Below are positions 49,743 through 58,865 of a stretch of DNA of 64,000 nucleotides, piece after piece; position 1 is the first letter of the stretch; each line of letters opens with the position of its first letter. Source of the DNA: an uncultured delta proteobacterium (GTDB taxonomy: Bacteria; Myxococcota; Myxococcia; Myxococcales; Anaeromyxobacteraceae); the NCBI GenBank assembly GCA_963766715.1, contig CAVYBH010000008.1, positions 416,001-480,000 on the forward strand. Reading direction: 5' to 3'. The translations under genes and the position numbers were made by a program. The notes under the pieces are model-generated. The model saw nothing but the letters and a program-made list of their open reading frames with translations, was not told where the DNA came from and did not search any database.

Positions 49743-50363
49743 ATGAACGTCAGCACGTGGAAGCTCGCCGTGGCCGCGCTCGCCCTCCTGCCGGCGATGG
49801 CCTCCGGCGCCGAACCGGGTCCCCAGGGCCTGTCGCTCCAGGCACGGGCGTCCCTCGTCGAGGGCTCGGCCAAGGGAGCACCGTTCCAGAGCGCCGGACA
49901 GACCTACCGGATGGTGGGCGGCCTGCGGGCCACGCTGCTCGCTCCGGGCTCGACGGTGGACCAGGGGCTCGCGACGGCGCGGGCGGCCCCGGAGAACCTC
50001 GTGGAGGTGAAGGGCCCGTACCTCGTGTACCGGGAATCGGCGGAGAAGGCCCTGGCCGTCGTCCCCGCGGCGGCGATGGTGGACCAGGCCCGGACCTTGC
50101 CCGTGGTCGTCAACACCCGGACCGGCCGCCTGGGCGTGGCGGCCAGCGTCCTCGTGGTGAAGCTCGCCGACGTCGAGGCGGCCCAGGCGCTCGCGGCCGC
50201 GACCGGCCTCGAGCTCGACTTCGTGGCCGACCGCATCGGCTACGCCTTCTTCCGCGTTCCCGACGGCCGGGACCTCCTGGGCGCCGCGGCGGCGATGGCC
50301 GGGGATCGGCGGGTGACCTCGGCGGAGATCGAGGTCCGGGAGCACTTCGCGGTCCCGCGGTAG
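49743..50363 (+). CDS. Secreted protein, probable external chaperone (propeptide in trans) of the upstream protease
   Basis: Signal peptide; C-terminal VVVNTRTGRLGVAASVLVVKL...VTSAEIEVREHFAVPR resembles a subtilase propeptide fold; AGGAG RBS directly after the protease stop. Confidence 0.65.
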   Translation: MNVSTWKLAVAALALLPAMASGAEPGPQGLSLQARASLVEGSAKGAPFQSAGQTYRMVGGLRATLLAPGSTVDQGLATARAAPENLVEVKGPYLVYRESAEKALAVVPAAAMVDQARTLPVVVNTRTGRLGVAASVLVVKLADVEAAQALAAATGLELDFVADRIGYAFFRVPDGRDLLGAAAAMAGDRRVTSAEIEVREHFAVPR

Positions 50364-50372
50364 CCGTGGCCC

Positions 50373-51422
50373 TCAGCGCAGCGACTCGTTCACCTCGTCG
50401 AGCACGGCGCGAGGCGGCCGGACCGCGTCCTCGGGCAGCGTGGCCAGCGGCGCGTCCACGGTGCCCAGCCGGGTGAGGAAGTCGGGCGCGCCGGCGTCGA
50501 CGTAGAGGAGGCCGGTGAGGACCTTCCCCTCCCCGGCCGACTCCATGAGCCGGGCCACGGCGCGGGACCGGCTGGACGGATCGTAGTCGGGCTCGAGCTT
50601 CCGGAGCTGGAGGTGCGAGCCGTCGTGAAGGCGGACGTCGATGGTCGTGCCCGGCTCGTAGTCGACCCGGATCTCCTCGAACCGGGGCACGAAGGAGAGC
50701 TCCTGGAGCGGCTCGTCGTGCTCCTTCATGTAGGCGTAGCTCTTGGTCGACCCCTCGTGGTCGTTGAACGTCACGCAGGGGCTCACCACGTCCAGGAAGG
50801 CCGTCCCCCGGTGGACGAGCGCCGCCTGGAGCATCGCGGAGAGCTGCTTCTTGTCCCCGGAGAAGCTGCGGCCGACGAAGGTGGCGCCGAGCTGGATGGC
50901 CAGCGCGCAGGTGTCGATGGCCGGAAGGTCGGCCACCGCGCCGGTCTTGAGCAGCGACCCGGCGTCGGCCGTGGCCGAGAACTGCCCCTTGGTGAGGCCG
51001 TACACGCCGTTGTTCTCGACCACGTAGACCATGGGCAGGTTCCGCCGCATGAGGTGGACGAACTGGCCGACGCCGATGGAGGCGGTGTCGCCGTCGCCGG
51101 AGACCCCGAGCGCGAGCAGCGTCCGGTTGGCGAGGAGCGCGCCGGTGGCCACCGACGGCATGCGGCCGTGCACCGAGTTGAAGGCGTGGCTGCGCCCCAG
51201 GAAGTAGGCCGGGCTCTTCGAGCTGCACCCGATGCCCGAGAACTTGGCGATCTGCTCCTGGGCGATTCCCAGGTGGAAGCAGGCCTCGAGGATCCGCTCG
51301 GAGACGGCGTTGTGGCCGCAGCCGGCGCACAGGGTGGTCTTCCCTCCGCGGTAGTCGACCACGGTGAGGCCGATGCGGTTCGTGCGGGGCGGGGCGACGG
51401 TGGCGGTGCCGGGTGCGGCCAT
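50373..51422 (-). CDS. korB: 2-oxoacid:ferredoxin oxidoreductase beta subunit
   Basis: LCAGCGH, SGIGCSSK, SGDGD, NNGVYGLTKGQ and SPCVTFN motifs. Confidence 0.93.
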   Translation of the reverse strand: MAAPGTATVAPPRTNRIGLTVVDYRGGKTTLCAGCGHNAVSERILEACFHLGIAQEQIAKFSGIGCSSKSPAYFLGRSHAFNSVHGRMPSVATGALLANRTLLALGVSGDGDTASIGVGQFVHLMRRNLPMVYVVENNGVYGLTKGQFSATADAGSLLKTGAVADLPAIDTCALAIQLGATFVGRSFSGDKKQLSAMLQAALVHRGTAFLDVVSPCVTFNDHEGSTKSYAYMKEHDEPLQELSFVPRFEEIRVDYEPGTTIDVRLHDGSHLQLRKLEPDYDPSSRSRAVARLMESAGEGKVLTGLLYVDAGAPDFLTRLGTVDAPLATLPEDAVRPPRAVLDEVNESLR

Positions 51423-53201
51423 CTAGGACCTCTCCTTCGCGAGGATCTCGCCGGTGACCGAGCGGGCGTCGAGGGGCATCCCGGTGACGTGGGCGATCCC
51501 GCGCAGGCGGGTCACCTGGTCCGCGGGAAGGTCGAGCTTGAGGAGCGCGCAGAGCTGGCCGTCCCGGTTCTGCTCGACCACGTAGACGCGGTCGTGGGCG
51601 GCCACGAAGTCGAGGACGCCGCGGGCGAAGGGCCAGGCGCGGACGCGGAGGTAGTCGGTGGCCAGCCCCGCCTCGGCGAGGAGCTGGTCCTGGCTCTCGC
51701 GGATGGCCGGGTCGGAGGAGCCGTAGGCGACGATCCCCACCCGCTCCTTCCCGCTCCCGCGCAGCACGGGCTCCGGCAGGATCTCCCGGGCCCGATCGAA
51801 CTTCCGGGAGAGCCGGTCCATGTTGGCCGTGAAGACGTCGGACCGCTCGCTGTAGGCGGCGCTCTCGTCGTGCCCCGTACCCCGCGTGAAATATCCGGCG
51901 CGGGGATGGTCGGTCCCCGGGAGCGTGCGCCAGCCGATCCCGTCGCCGTCGACGTCGGCGTAGCGGGCGAAGCCGCCCAGCCGCTCCAGGTCCGCCTTGC
52001 CGAGCACCTTGCCGCGGTCGATCGGGCGGGCCGGGTAGGCGAAGGGCTCGGCCATCCAGTTGTTCATGCCGAGGTCGAGGTCGGTGAGGACGAAGACCGG
52101 GGTCTGCAGCCGCTCCGACACGTCGAAGGCCTCCACCGCGAGCGAGAAGCACTCCTCCACCGAGCCGGGCAGGAGCAGGATCTGCTGGGTGTCCCCGTGG
52201 GAGAGGAGCGCGGTGGAGATCACGTCTCCCTGCGCGGTGCGGGTGGGGAGCCCGGTGGACGGGCCGACGCGCTGCACGTCGAAGATCACGCCGGGGATCT
52301 CCGCGTAGTAGCCGAGCCCGGCGAACTCGCTCATGAGCGACACGCCCGGACCGCTCGTCGCCGTCATGGAGCGGGCTCCGGCCCAGCCCGCTCCCAGCAC
52401 CATGCCCATGGCCGCGAGCTCGTCCTCGGCCTGGACCACCGCGTAGGTGGCCTTGCCGTCCGCGTCGTGGCGGTACTTCCGGAGGTAGGACGCCAGCGTC
52501 TCGACGAGCGACGACGACGGGGTGATGGGGTACCAGGTGACCACCGTGACGCCGGCGAAGAGCGCCCCGAGCGCGCAGGCGGCATTGCCGTCCACGATGA
52601 TCTTGCCGCGGTTCGCGTCCATCCGCTCGACGCGGTGCGGGTCGCGCTTCTCGAGCCGCGCGGCGTGCTCGAACCCGGCGCGGGCGGCGGCGACGTTCAG
52701 GTCCCGGGCCTTCGCCTTCCTCCCGAAGACCCGGCCGATGGCGGCCTCGACCTCGGCCATCTCGATCCCGAGCAGCCTGGCCACGACGCCCACGTAGGCC
52801 ATGTTCCGGAGCAGCTTGCGGAGCCTCGCGTCTCCCGTGATCGGCTCGACCACCTCGTCGAAGGCCACCGGGTAGAAGACGACGTCGGGGCGCGATCCCT
52901 CGAGCGCCAGCGGGGCGTCGTAGATCACCGACGCGCCCGGCTGCAGCCCGGCCACGTCCTCGCGGGCCGTCTCCGGGTTCATGGCGACGAGGAGGTCGAC
53001 CTCCTTCTTCCGGGCCACGTACCCGTCCCGGGAGGCACGGATCGTGTACCAGGTGGGCAATCCCGCGATGTTGGACGGGAAAAGATTCTTACCCGAGACG
53101 GGGATGCCCATCTGGAAGAGGGATCGGAGCAATACCGTGTTCGAGCTCTGCGATCCGGAGCCGTTCGCGGTGGCCACTTGGAGCGAGATGTCGTTCGTCA
53201 T
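51423..53201 (-). CDS. korA: 2-oxoacid:acceptor oxidoreductase alpha subunit
   Basis: ANGSGSQS, YPITPSS, QAEDE, ATSGPG and QRVGPSTGLPT motifs. Confidence 0.93.
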   Translation of the reverse strand: MTNDISLQVATANGSGSQSSNTVLLRSLFQMGIPVSGKNLFPSNIAGLPTWYTIRASRDGYVARKKEVDLLVAMNPETAREDVAGLQPGASVIYDAPLALEGSRPDVVFYPVAFDEVVEPITGDARLRKLLRNMAYVGVVARLLGIEMAEVEAAIGRVFGRKAKARDLNVAAARAGFEHAARLEKRDPHRVERMDANRGKIIVDGNAACALGALFAGVTVVTWYPITPSSSLVETLASYLRKYRHDADGKATYAVVQAEDELAAMGMVLGAGWAGARSMTATSGPGVSLMSEFAGLGYYAEIPGVIFDVQRVGPSTGLPTRTAQGDVISTALLSHGDTQQILLLPGSVEECFSLAVEAFDVSERLQTPVFVLTDLDLGMNNWMAEPFAYPARPIDRGKVLGKADLERLGGFARYADVDGDGIGWRTLPGTDHPRAGYFTRGTGHDESAAYSERSDVFTANMDRLSRKFDRAREILPEPVLRGSGKERVGIVAYGSSDPAIRESQDQLLAEAGLATDYLRVRAWPFARGVLDFVAAHDRVYVVEQNRDGQLCALLKLDLPADQVTRLRGIAHVTGMPLDARSVTGEILAKERS

Positions 53202-53264
53202 CCGGTGCGTTGTTGCTAACGAACGCTTCCCGCCGACGCCACCGCGTCGCGCCGGGGCCCTGGA

Positions 53265-54047
53265 TCAGCGGGGCGAGACGAAGAGCGTGTGCAGGCTCTC
53301 GCCCAGCGAGCCGGCCGGGTCGAAGTGGCGGGCCCGGACCATGCCGATGCCGTCCGCCTCGATGGTGGTGGCGGCCGACATGCACACCCACTCGCCCTCG
53401 GGGTGGCGGTGGAGCACCAGGTTCAGGTCCACCGGCACGAAGGACCATCCCTGGAGCGGCAGCTCGGCGCTGATGCCGTTCGCGGAGTCGGCCATGGCGA
53501 CCAGCCGGCACAGGCCCGAGAAGGGCTCGCCCAGGACGAGCGGGATCCGGCAGCGGGTCCAGACGGTGGCCGGGCCCGGGCGGCCGAAGTGACCCTCGGT
53601 GAAACGCCACTCGAGCGCCTCGCCGTAGGGGAAGGGGCCCTGGCCGGGGAAGAAGGACTGCGGCTGGGGCGGCGGCAGCGGGGGCGCCGCGTCGCGCGGC
53701 CCGAGCCGGGGGCTCCGGCCGGGCTCGGCGAGCAGCTGCCAGGCGAGCGCGCTCATGACCTCCCGGCCGTTCACCGAGGCCCGGGCCGAGAGGAGCTGGA
53801 TCCGCTTCCCCGGGCGCAGGACGGCGGCGCTCACCTCCATCTCCCCGACCTCGATCGGCCCGAGCAGCTCGACCGAGAGGCGCGCGATCCGGGCTCCGGG
53901 ACGGGGCGCGAGCCCCTCGAGCACGTGGGCCAGCAGCGCCGCCGGGGGTCCGGCGTGCTGAAGTCCGGGCGACCAGGGGCCGACGGTGGCCTGGGTGGCG
54001 CGGTAGCGCCCCTCGCCTGCCCGCTCGTAGAAGGCCGGAGCGCTCAC
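53265..54047 (-). CDS. Thioesterase family protein (double hotdog fold)
   Basis: GPWSPGLQHAGPPAALL, RPGKRIQL and DLNLVLHRHPEGEW motifs; GTGA overlap with the plsC-like gene. Confidence 0.85.
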   Translation of the reverse strand: MSAPAFYERAGEGRYRATQATVGPWSPGLQHAGPPAALLAHVLEGLAPRPGARIARLSVELLGPIEVGEMEVSAAVLRPGKRIQLLSARASVNGREVMSALAWQLLAEPGRSPRLGPRDAAPPLPPPQPQSFFPGQGPFPYGEALEWRFTEGHFGRPGPATVWTRCRIPLVLGEPFSGLCRLVAMADSANGISAELPLQGWSFVPVDLNLVLHRHPEGEWVCMSAATTIEADGIGMVRARHFDPAGSLGESLHTLFVSPR

Positions 54048-54763
54048 CTGCGCTCCAGCGCCGCGGCGATGGCGCTGCGCGCCGCCTCCCGCAGGGCGGC
54101 CGCGTTCGGGTAGCGGGACGGGTCGAGGGGCTCGAGCACCTCGACCACCGCGTCCATCCGGTTGCGGAGGACCATGCCGTGCTTGGGCAGCGACTCGTGC
54201 GTCCCGGAGATCGCCACCGGGATCACCGGGACGCCGGCGTCCCGCGCCAGGCGGAAGGCGCCGTCCTTGAACGGCTGCAGCTTCCCGTCCGCCGATCGCG
54301 TGCCCTCCGGGAAGAGGAGGACCGGGCTCCCCTCGGCCAGGAGCGCCCGGCACCTGGCCATCATCCGGCGGACCGAGTCGGCGGCGCCGCGGGTGATCGG
54401 GACGTAGCCGTTCAGCACCATGTTCCAGCCCAGGAAGGGGATGCGGAAGTTGGAGGCCTTGGAGACCCACTTGAACGGACGGTAGAGCCCGAAGAGGACG
54501 AGGATGTCGATGAGCGAGAGGTGGTTGGCCACGATCACGGCCGGCCCCTTCCAGGGCAGCCGGTCGCGCCCGACGATCCGGCACCGCCAGAGCGGGTTCA
54601 CCTGCACGTAGACGTACCCCCACCAGCAGGTGAAGAGGTGCAGCACCACCCTTCGCCTGTCGAAGGGCGCGGTGACAAGGAAGATCAGGAGCGACACCGA
54701 GAACAGGAGGGAGAGCGAGAGCGCGAAGAAGACCCAGTAGACGATCGAGAAGAGCGCCAGCAT
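54044..54763 (-). CDS. plsC: 1-acyl-sn-glycerol-3-phosphate (lysophospholipid) acyltransferase
   Basis: NHLSLID (HX4D), FPEGTRS and FKDGAF motifs. Confidence 0.88.
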   Translation of the reverse strand: MLALFSIVYWVFFALSLSLLFSVSLLIFLVTAPFDRRRVVLHLFTCWWGYVYVQVNPLWRCRIVGRDRLPWKGPAVIVANHLSLIDILVLFGLYRPFKWVSKASNFRIPFLGWNMVLNGYVPITRGAADSVRRMMARCRALLAEGSPVLLFPEGTRSADGKLQPFKDGAFRLARDAGVPVIPVAISGTHESLPKHGMVLRNRMDAVVEVLEPLDPSRYPNAAALREAARSAIAAALERR

Positions 54764-56097
54764 CAGCCCTCCTCGATGCGGGTCGCCGGCGCCACCTCGT
54801 CGAGGATCCGGTAGAGGCCGTGCTTGGGGAGCCGGGTGAAGCCGGACCACGCCGCGCCGGCCAGCGTGCCGTCCTCCAGCCAGTCGGAGAGCCACTGCCA
54901 GGCCGACGACGGGTCGCGCTGCACGACGCCTGCGCCGCTCTCGCGCACCCAGCGCCGGTTGTACCGCTCGTGGACGCCGACCGGCGCCGCGAAGACCAGC
55001 GGGAGGCCCAGCGCCGCGTAGAAGGAGAGCTCGGACGGCTTGGTCCAGAGCGCGTCGGTGCGCGCCATGGCCGCGTCGAAGCGGTCGAAGTACTCGTCGA
55101 GCGTGTCGGCGCGCAGGATCTCCAGCCCCGCGCCGAGGAGCCCCTCCATCCGGGCCCTCTGGATCTCCTCCCGGAAGCGCGCCTCGACGGTGGCGCGCAC
55201 CCCGGCCACCAGCGTGAGGCGCAGGCGCCCCTCCTCGACCGCCCGGCGCACGCCGGGAAGGAACTGCCGGGCCATCTCGGCCTGGGCCCCGGCGCCCCCG
55301 ACCGCGAAGGTGAGCGTGGGCGGGCGCCCCTCCTCGGCCTCCGGCAGCGGGCCGAGGAACTGGGCCAGCTCCTCCCGGTAGTCGCGCCGGAAGGTTCCGG
55401 ACGGGTCGAGCCGCACGAGCCGGGCCGCCAGGTTGCGGCGCAGGGCGAGCAGGCCCCGGCCCCCCAGCAGCTCGTGCGGCAGCGGGAAGCCCGTGAAGGA
55501 GATGCGGTGCTCGGGGACGCCGTAGCTGCGCAGGCGGCGCGCGGCGCGCGGGCTCGGCACCAGGTAGCGGATGCTGGTGCGGGCCGCGGCCAGCGGGGCC
55601 CAGACCCGGTTGATGTCACTGTCCGTGACTACGCACCAGACGTTGGCCAGTCCGGCGGCGTCGGCCGCGATGGCGGGCGAGTAGAAGGTGGTGAGGAGCG
55701 GCGCCCCGGTCTCGCGCATCCGCGCGATGAGCCCCTTGCCCAGGTCGCGCCGGATCAGCCGGTCGAGGGTGGACACGCCGCGGGTGGGCGCGGAGAGGTC
55801 GCGGTACGGGTGGAGGTGCGGGATGTCGGTGACCGAGTCGAGCATCCACCGGAAGGGGCCGCCCAGCATGGGAAGCTGGGAGGCCCGGCTGGTCCACTCG
55901 TAGGCGGTCCGCACCCGGTCCCAGACCTTCTTCTCCTCGGGCCCGACGAGCGGCGGCTGGTCCACCAGGGTGACGTCGGTGCCGAGCGCGCGGGCCAGGG
56001 GGCGCGCGGCGCGGATGTGGCCGTAGCCCATGTCGACGGCCACGACGAGCGGCTTCACGCGGTGGAAGTCGAGGGCGGGAGCGGGCGGCGATTCCAT
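54763..56097 (-). CDS. GT-B glycosyltransferase related to diacylglycerol glycosyltransferases (MGDG synthase/UgtP-like); start uncertain
   Basis: AVDMGYGHIRAA, VVTDSD..RVW, TGFPL, AVGGAG and WTKPSELSFYAALGLP...HERYN motifs. Confidence 0.7.
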   Translation of the reverse strand: MESPPAPALDFHRVKPLVVAVDMGYGHIRAARPLARALGTDVTLVDQPPLVGPEEKKVWDRVRTAYEWTSRASQLPMLGGPFRWMLDSVTDIPHLHPYRDLSAPTRGVSTLDRLIRRDLGKGLIARMRETGAPLLTTFYSPAIAADAAGLANVWCVVTDSDINRVWAPLAAARTSIRYLVPSPRAARRLRSYGVPEHRISFTGFPLPHELLGGRGLLALRRNLAARLVRLDPSGTFRRDYREELAQFLGPLPEAEEGRPPTLTFAVGGAGAQAEMARQFLPGVRRAVEEGRLRLTLVAGVRATVEARFREEIQRARMEGLLGAGLEILRADTLDEYFDRFDAAMARTDALWTKPSELSFYAALGLPLVFAAPVGVHERYNRRWVRESGAGVVQRDPSSAWQWLSDWLEDGTLAGAAWSGFTRLPKHGLYRILDEVAPATRIEEG

Positions 56098-56111
56098 GGC
56101 CTGGAAGGAAT

Positions 56112-57262
56112 CTATCGGGTCGACGGTGGGCGGCGCGAGCCGGGTGCCCGGGAACACCCGGAGCCGGTTGCCGCGCCAGTCCACCGTGCGCCGGAAGAAG
56201 CCCTCGATCCAGGCCAGGCCGAGCAGCAGGTCCTTCCCCGGGACCGCCAGCACCTGCGCGGGGCGGAAGCCGTCCGGGCGGAGCGCCGCACCGGCCGCGC
56301 CGTCGAGCAGCGACCGCGCGCCGGCGACGGCCAGCCAGGCCGCCGAGGTCCAGGCCGCCGGGGCCACGAGGAGCGCCACGGTGGCGAGCAGCACCGGGTT
56401 GCGGACGACCTGCGCCGCGTAGAGCCACGGCCCCACCAGCGCGTGCTGGAGGACGGCCCAGCGCCGGGCGCGGTGGAAGAACTGCACGACGGTGGCGGTC
56501 CTGCACCACGTTCTGCACCGGCCGCGACGCCAGCTCGACCCGCTTCCCGAGCAGCCGCGGCACCATCTGCCCGAGGACGTAGTCCTCGGCCAGCAGGTCC
56601 TTCACCGGCTCGAAGCCGCCCAGGGCGAGCAGGTCGACGCGCCGGAGCGCCATCGACTTGCCCATCACCACGTCCCGGCCGGCGATCTGCTTGGCCGCGG
56701 CGATCCCCGTGGCCACGCCGCCGGCGAGGTGCAGGTTCTCGAGCAGGGCCCCGCCGCTCCGCTCCCCCACCCCGGCGATGAGGTGGGTGACGAGGCCGAC
56801 CTCCGGATCCTCGAGGCGTGCGGCGATCTCCGAGAGGTAGCCGGGCTCCACGCGCACGTTCGAGTCGGAGATGACGAGGATGGGATGGCGGGCCGCCGCG
56901 GTGAGCGACGCGAGCTGGCTCACCTTGGGGTTCATGCCCAGGCTCCCGCCCTCCATCACCACGCGGAAGTGCTCCGGCCACCGCGCCGCCGCCGCGTGCG
57001 CGACCGGGGCGGCGGGGTCGGATGCGTCGTGGAGCCCGAGGAGCACCTCGCAGTGCGGCCAGTCCTGCGCCGCGAAGGAGGCCAGGTTGGCCTCCAGGCC
57101 GTCGTCGACGCCCCGGAGCGGCTTCAGCACCGAGATGGCGGCGCCGTCCCGCGGGACGGGAACCGGCCGGGCCAGCTGGCGACGGAGCGCGCGCCCCTCG
57201 ACCCAGAGCATCGCCAGGCCGGTCGCGGCGACGGCGAGCAGCGCGAGGGCGACGCTGGTCAT
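56112..57262 (-). CDS. Ceramide glucosyltransferase / HpnI-like glycosyltransferase; apparent frameshift near 56492; stop uncertain
   Basis: SVLKPLRGVD, NPKV, ISDSNVRV, LAEDY, RARRW and VDWRGNRL motifs. Confidence 0.8.
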
Positions 57263-57275
57263 TCGGAGCCGCGGC

Positions 57276-58838
57276 TCAGAGCGGCAGGTTGCCGTGCTTC
57301 CGGGGCGGGTTCACCTGCCGCTTGGTGCGCAGCATCTCGAAGGCGCGGATCACCCGGGGCCGGGTGTCCTCGGGCTTCAGCACCTCGTCGACGTAGCCCA
57401 GCTCGGCCGCCCGGTAGGGGTTGGCGAATCGCTCCCGGTACTCGGCCGTGAGCCGGGCCCGCTCGGCCTCCGGGTCCGCGGCGGAGCTGATCTCCTTGCG
57501 GAAGATGACGTTCACCGCCCCCTCGGGGCTGGTGACGGCGATCTCGGCGGTGGGCCAGGCCAGGTTCACGTCCGCGCGCAGGTGCTTCGACGCCATGAGG
57601 TCGTAGGCCACTCCCCACGCACGGCGGGTGATGACCGTCACCTTGGGCACCGTCGCCTCGGCATAGGCGTAGAGGAGCTTCGCGCCGTGGCGGATGAGGC
57701 CGCCCCATTCCTGGGCCGCGCCGGCCAGGAATCCGGGGACGTCGACGAAGGTGAGGATCGGGATCCCGAAGGCGTCGCAGAAGCGCACGAAGCGGGCCGC
57801 CTTCACCGAGGCGTCGCAGTCGAGCACGCCGGCGAGCACGGCAGGCTGGTTGCCGACCACGCCCACCGGCCTCCCGCCCAGCCGGGCGAAGCCGCAGACC
57901 AGGTTCTCGGCGAAGTGCCGGCTCACCTCGACGAAGCGCCGGTCGTCGACCACGGCCCGGACGACCTCCTTCATGTCGTACGGGCGATTCGGGTTCTCCG
58001 GGACGATGGTCTTCAGCGCCTCGTCGCGCCGGCCCGGGGCGTCGGTGCACGGCTGCGCCGGCAGCTCGGCGGCGGCGCTCAGGGGGAGGAAGGAGAGGAG
58101 CTCGCGCACCGCCTTCAGGGTCGCCGCCTCGCCGTCGAAGGCGAAGTGGGCCACGCCGGAGCGGGTCGCGTGCGCCATCGCCCCGCCCAGCTCCTCCTTC
58201 GTGACCTCCTCGTGGGTCACGGCACGGACCACCTCGGGTCCGTTCAGGAACATCGTGGAGGCCCCCTTCACCATGAAGACGAAGTCGGTGATGGCCGGCC
58301 CGTAGACCGCCCCACCGGCGCAGGGGCCGAGGATGACGGAGATCTGCGGCACCACGCCGGACGCGAGCGTGTTGCGGAGGAAGATGTCGGCGTAGCCGGC
58401 CAGGGCCTCGACCCCCTCCTGCACGCGGGCCCCGCCCGAGTCGTGGAGGCCGACCACCGGGCAGCCCAGCTGCAGCGCCAGGTCCATCACCTTGCAGATC
58501 TTCTCCGCGTAGGCCCGCGAGAGCGAGCCGCCGAACACGGTGAAGTCCTGGGCGAAGACGAACACCTGCCGCCCGTCCACGAGCCCGTGCCCGGTGACCA
58601 CGCCGTCGCCCGGGATCTTCTGGCGCTCCATGCCGAAGTCGGCGCTGCGATGCGTCTTGAACTTGTCGACCTCGATGAACGAGCCCGGGTCGAGGAAGAG
58701 CTCGATGCGTTCCCGGGCGGTGAGCTTGCCGGCCTCGTGCTGGCGGGCGACGCGCTCCTCGCCGCCTCCCTGCTCGGCAGCCTGGTTCATCGAGTCGAGC
58801 AGCGCGCGGCGCGGATCGGGATCGACGGGTCTCGACAT
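57276..58838 (-). CDS. pccB: Acyl-CoA (propionyl-CoA) carboxylase carboxyltransferase subunit
   Basis: GKLTARERI, DSGGARVQEG, GPCAGGAVY, DVPGF and KHGNLPL motifs. Confidence 0.92.
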   Translation of the reverse strand: MSRPVDPDPRRALLDSMNQAAEQGGGEERVARQHEAGKLTARERIELFLDPGSFIEVDKFKTHRSADFGMERQKIPGDGVVTGHGLVDGRQVFVFAQDFTVFGGSLSRAYAEKICKVMDLALQLGCPVVGLHDSGGARVQEGVEALAGYADIFLRNTLASGVVPQISVILGPCAGGAVYGPAITDFVFMVKGASTMFLNGPEVVRAVTHEEVTKEELGGAMAHATRSGVAHFAFDGEAATLKAVRELLSFLPLSAAAELPAQPCTDAPGRRDEALKTIVPENPNRPYDMKEVVRAVVDDRRFVEVSRHFAENLVCGFARLGGRPVGVVGNQPAVLAGVLDCDASVKAARFVRFCDAFGIPILTFVDVPGFLAGAAQEWGGLIRHGAKLLYAYAEATVPKVTVITRRAWGVAYDLMASKHLRADVNLAWPTAEIAVTSPEGAVNVIFRKEISSAADPEAERARLTAEYRERFANPYRAAELGYVDEVLKPEDTRPRVIRAFEMLRTKRQVNPPRKHGNLPL

Positions 58839-58865
58839 GGGGTGGCGAGGATAGCGAGCCCGCGG

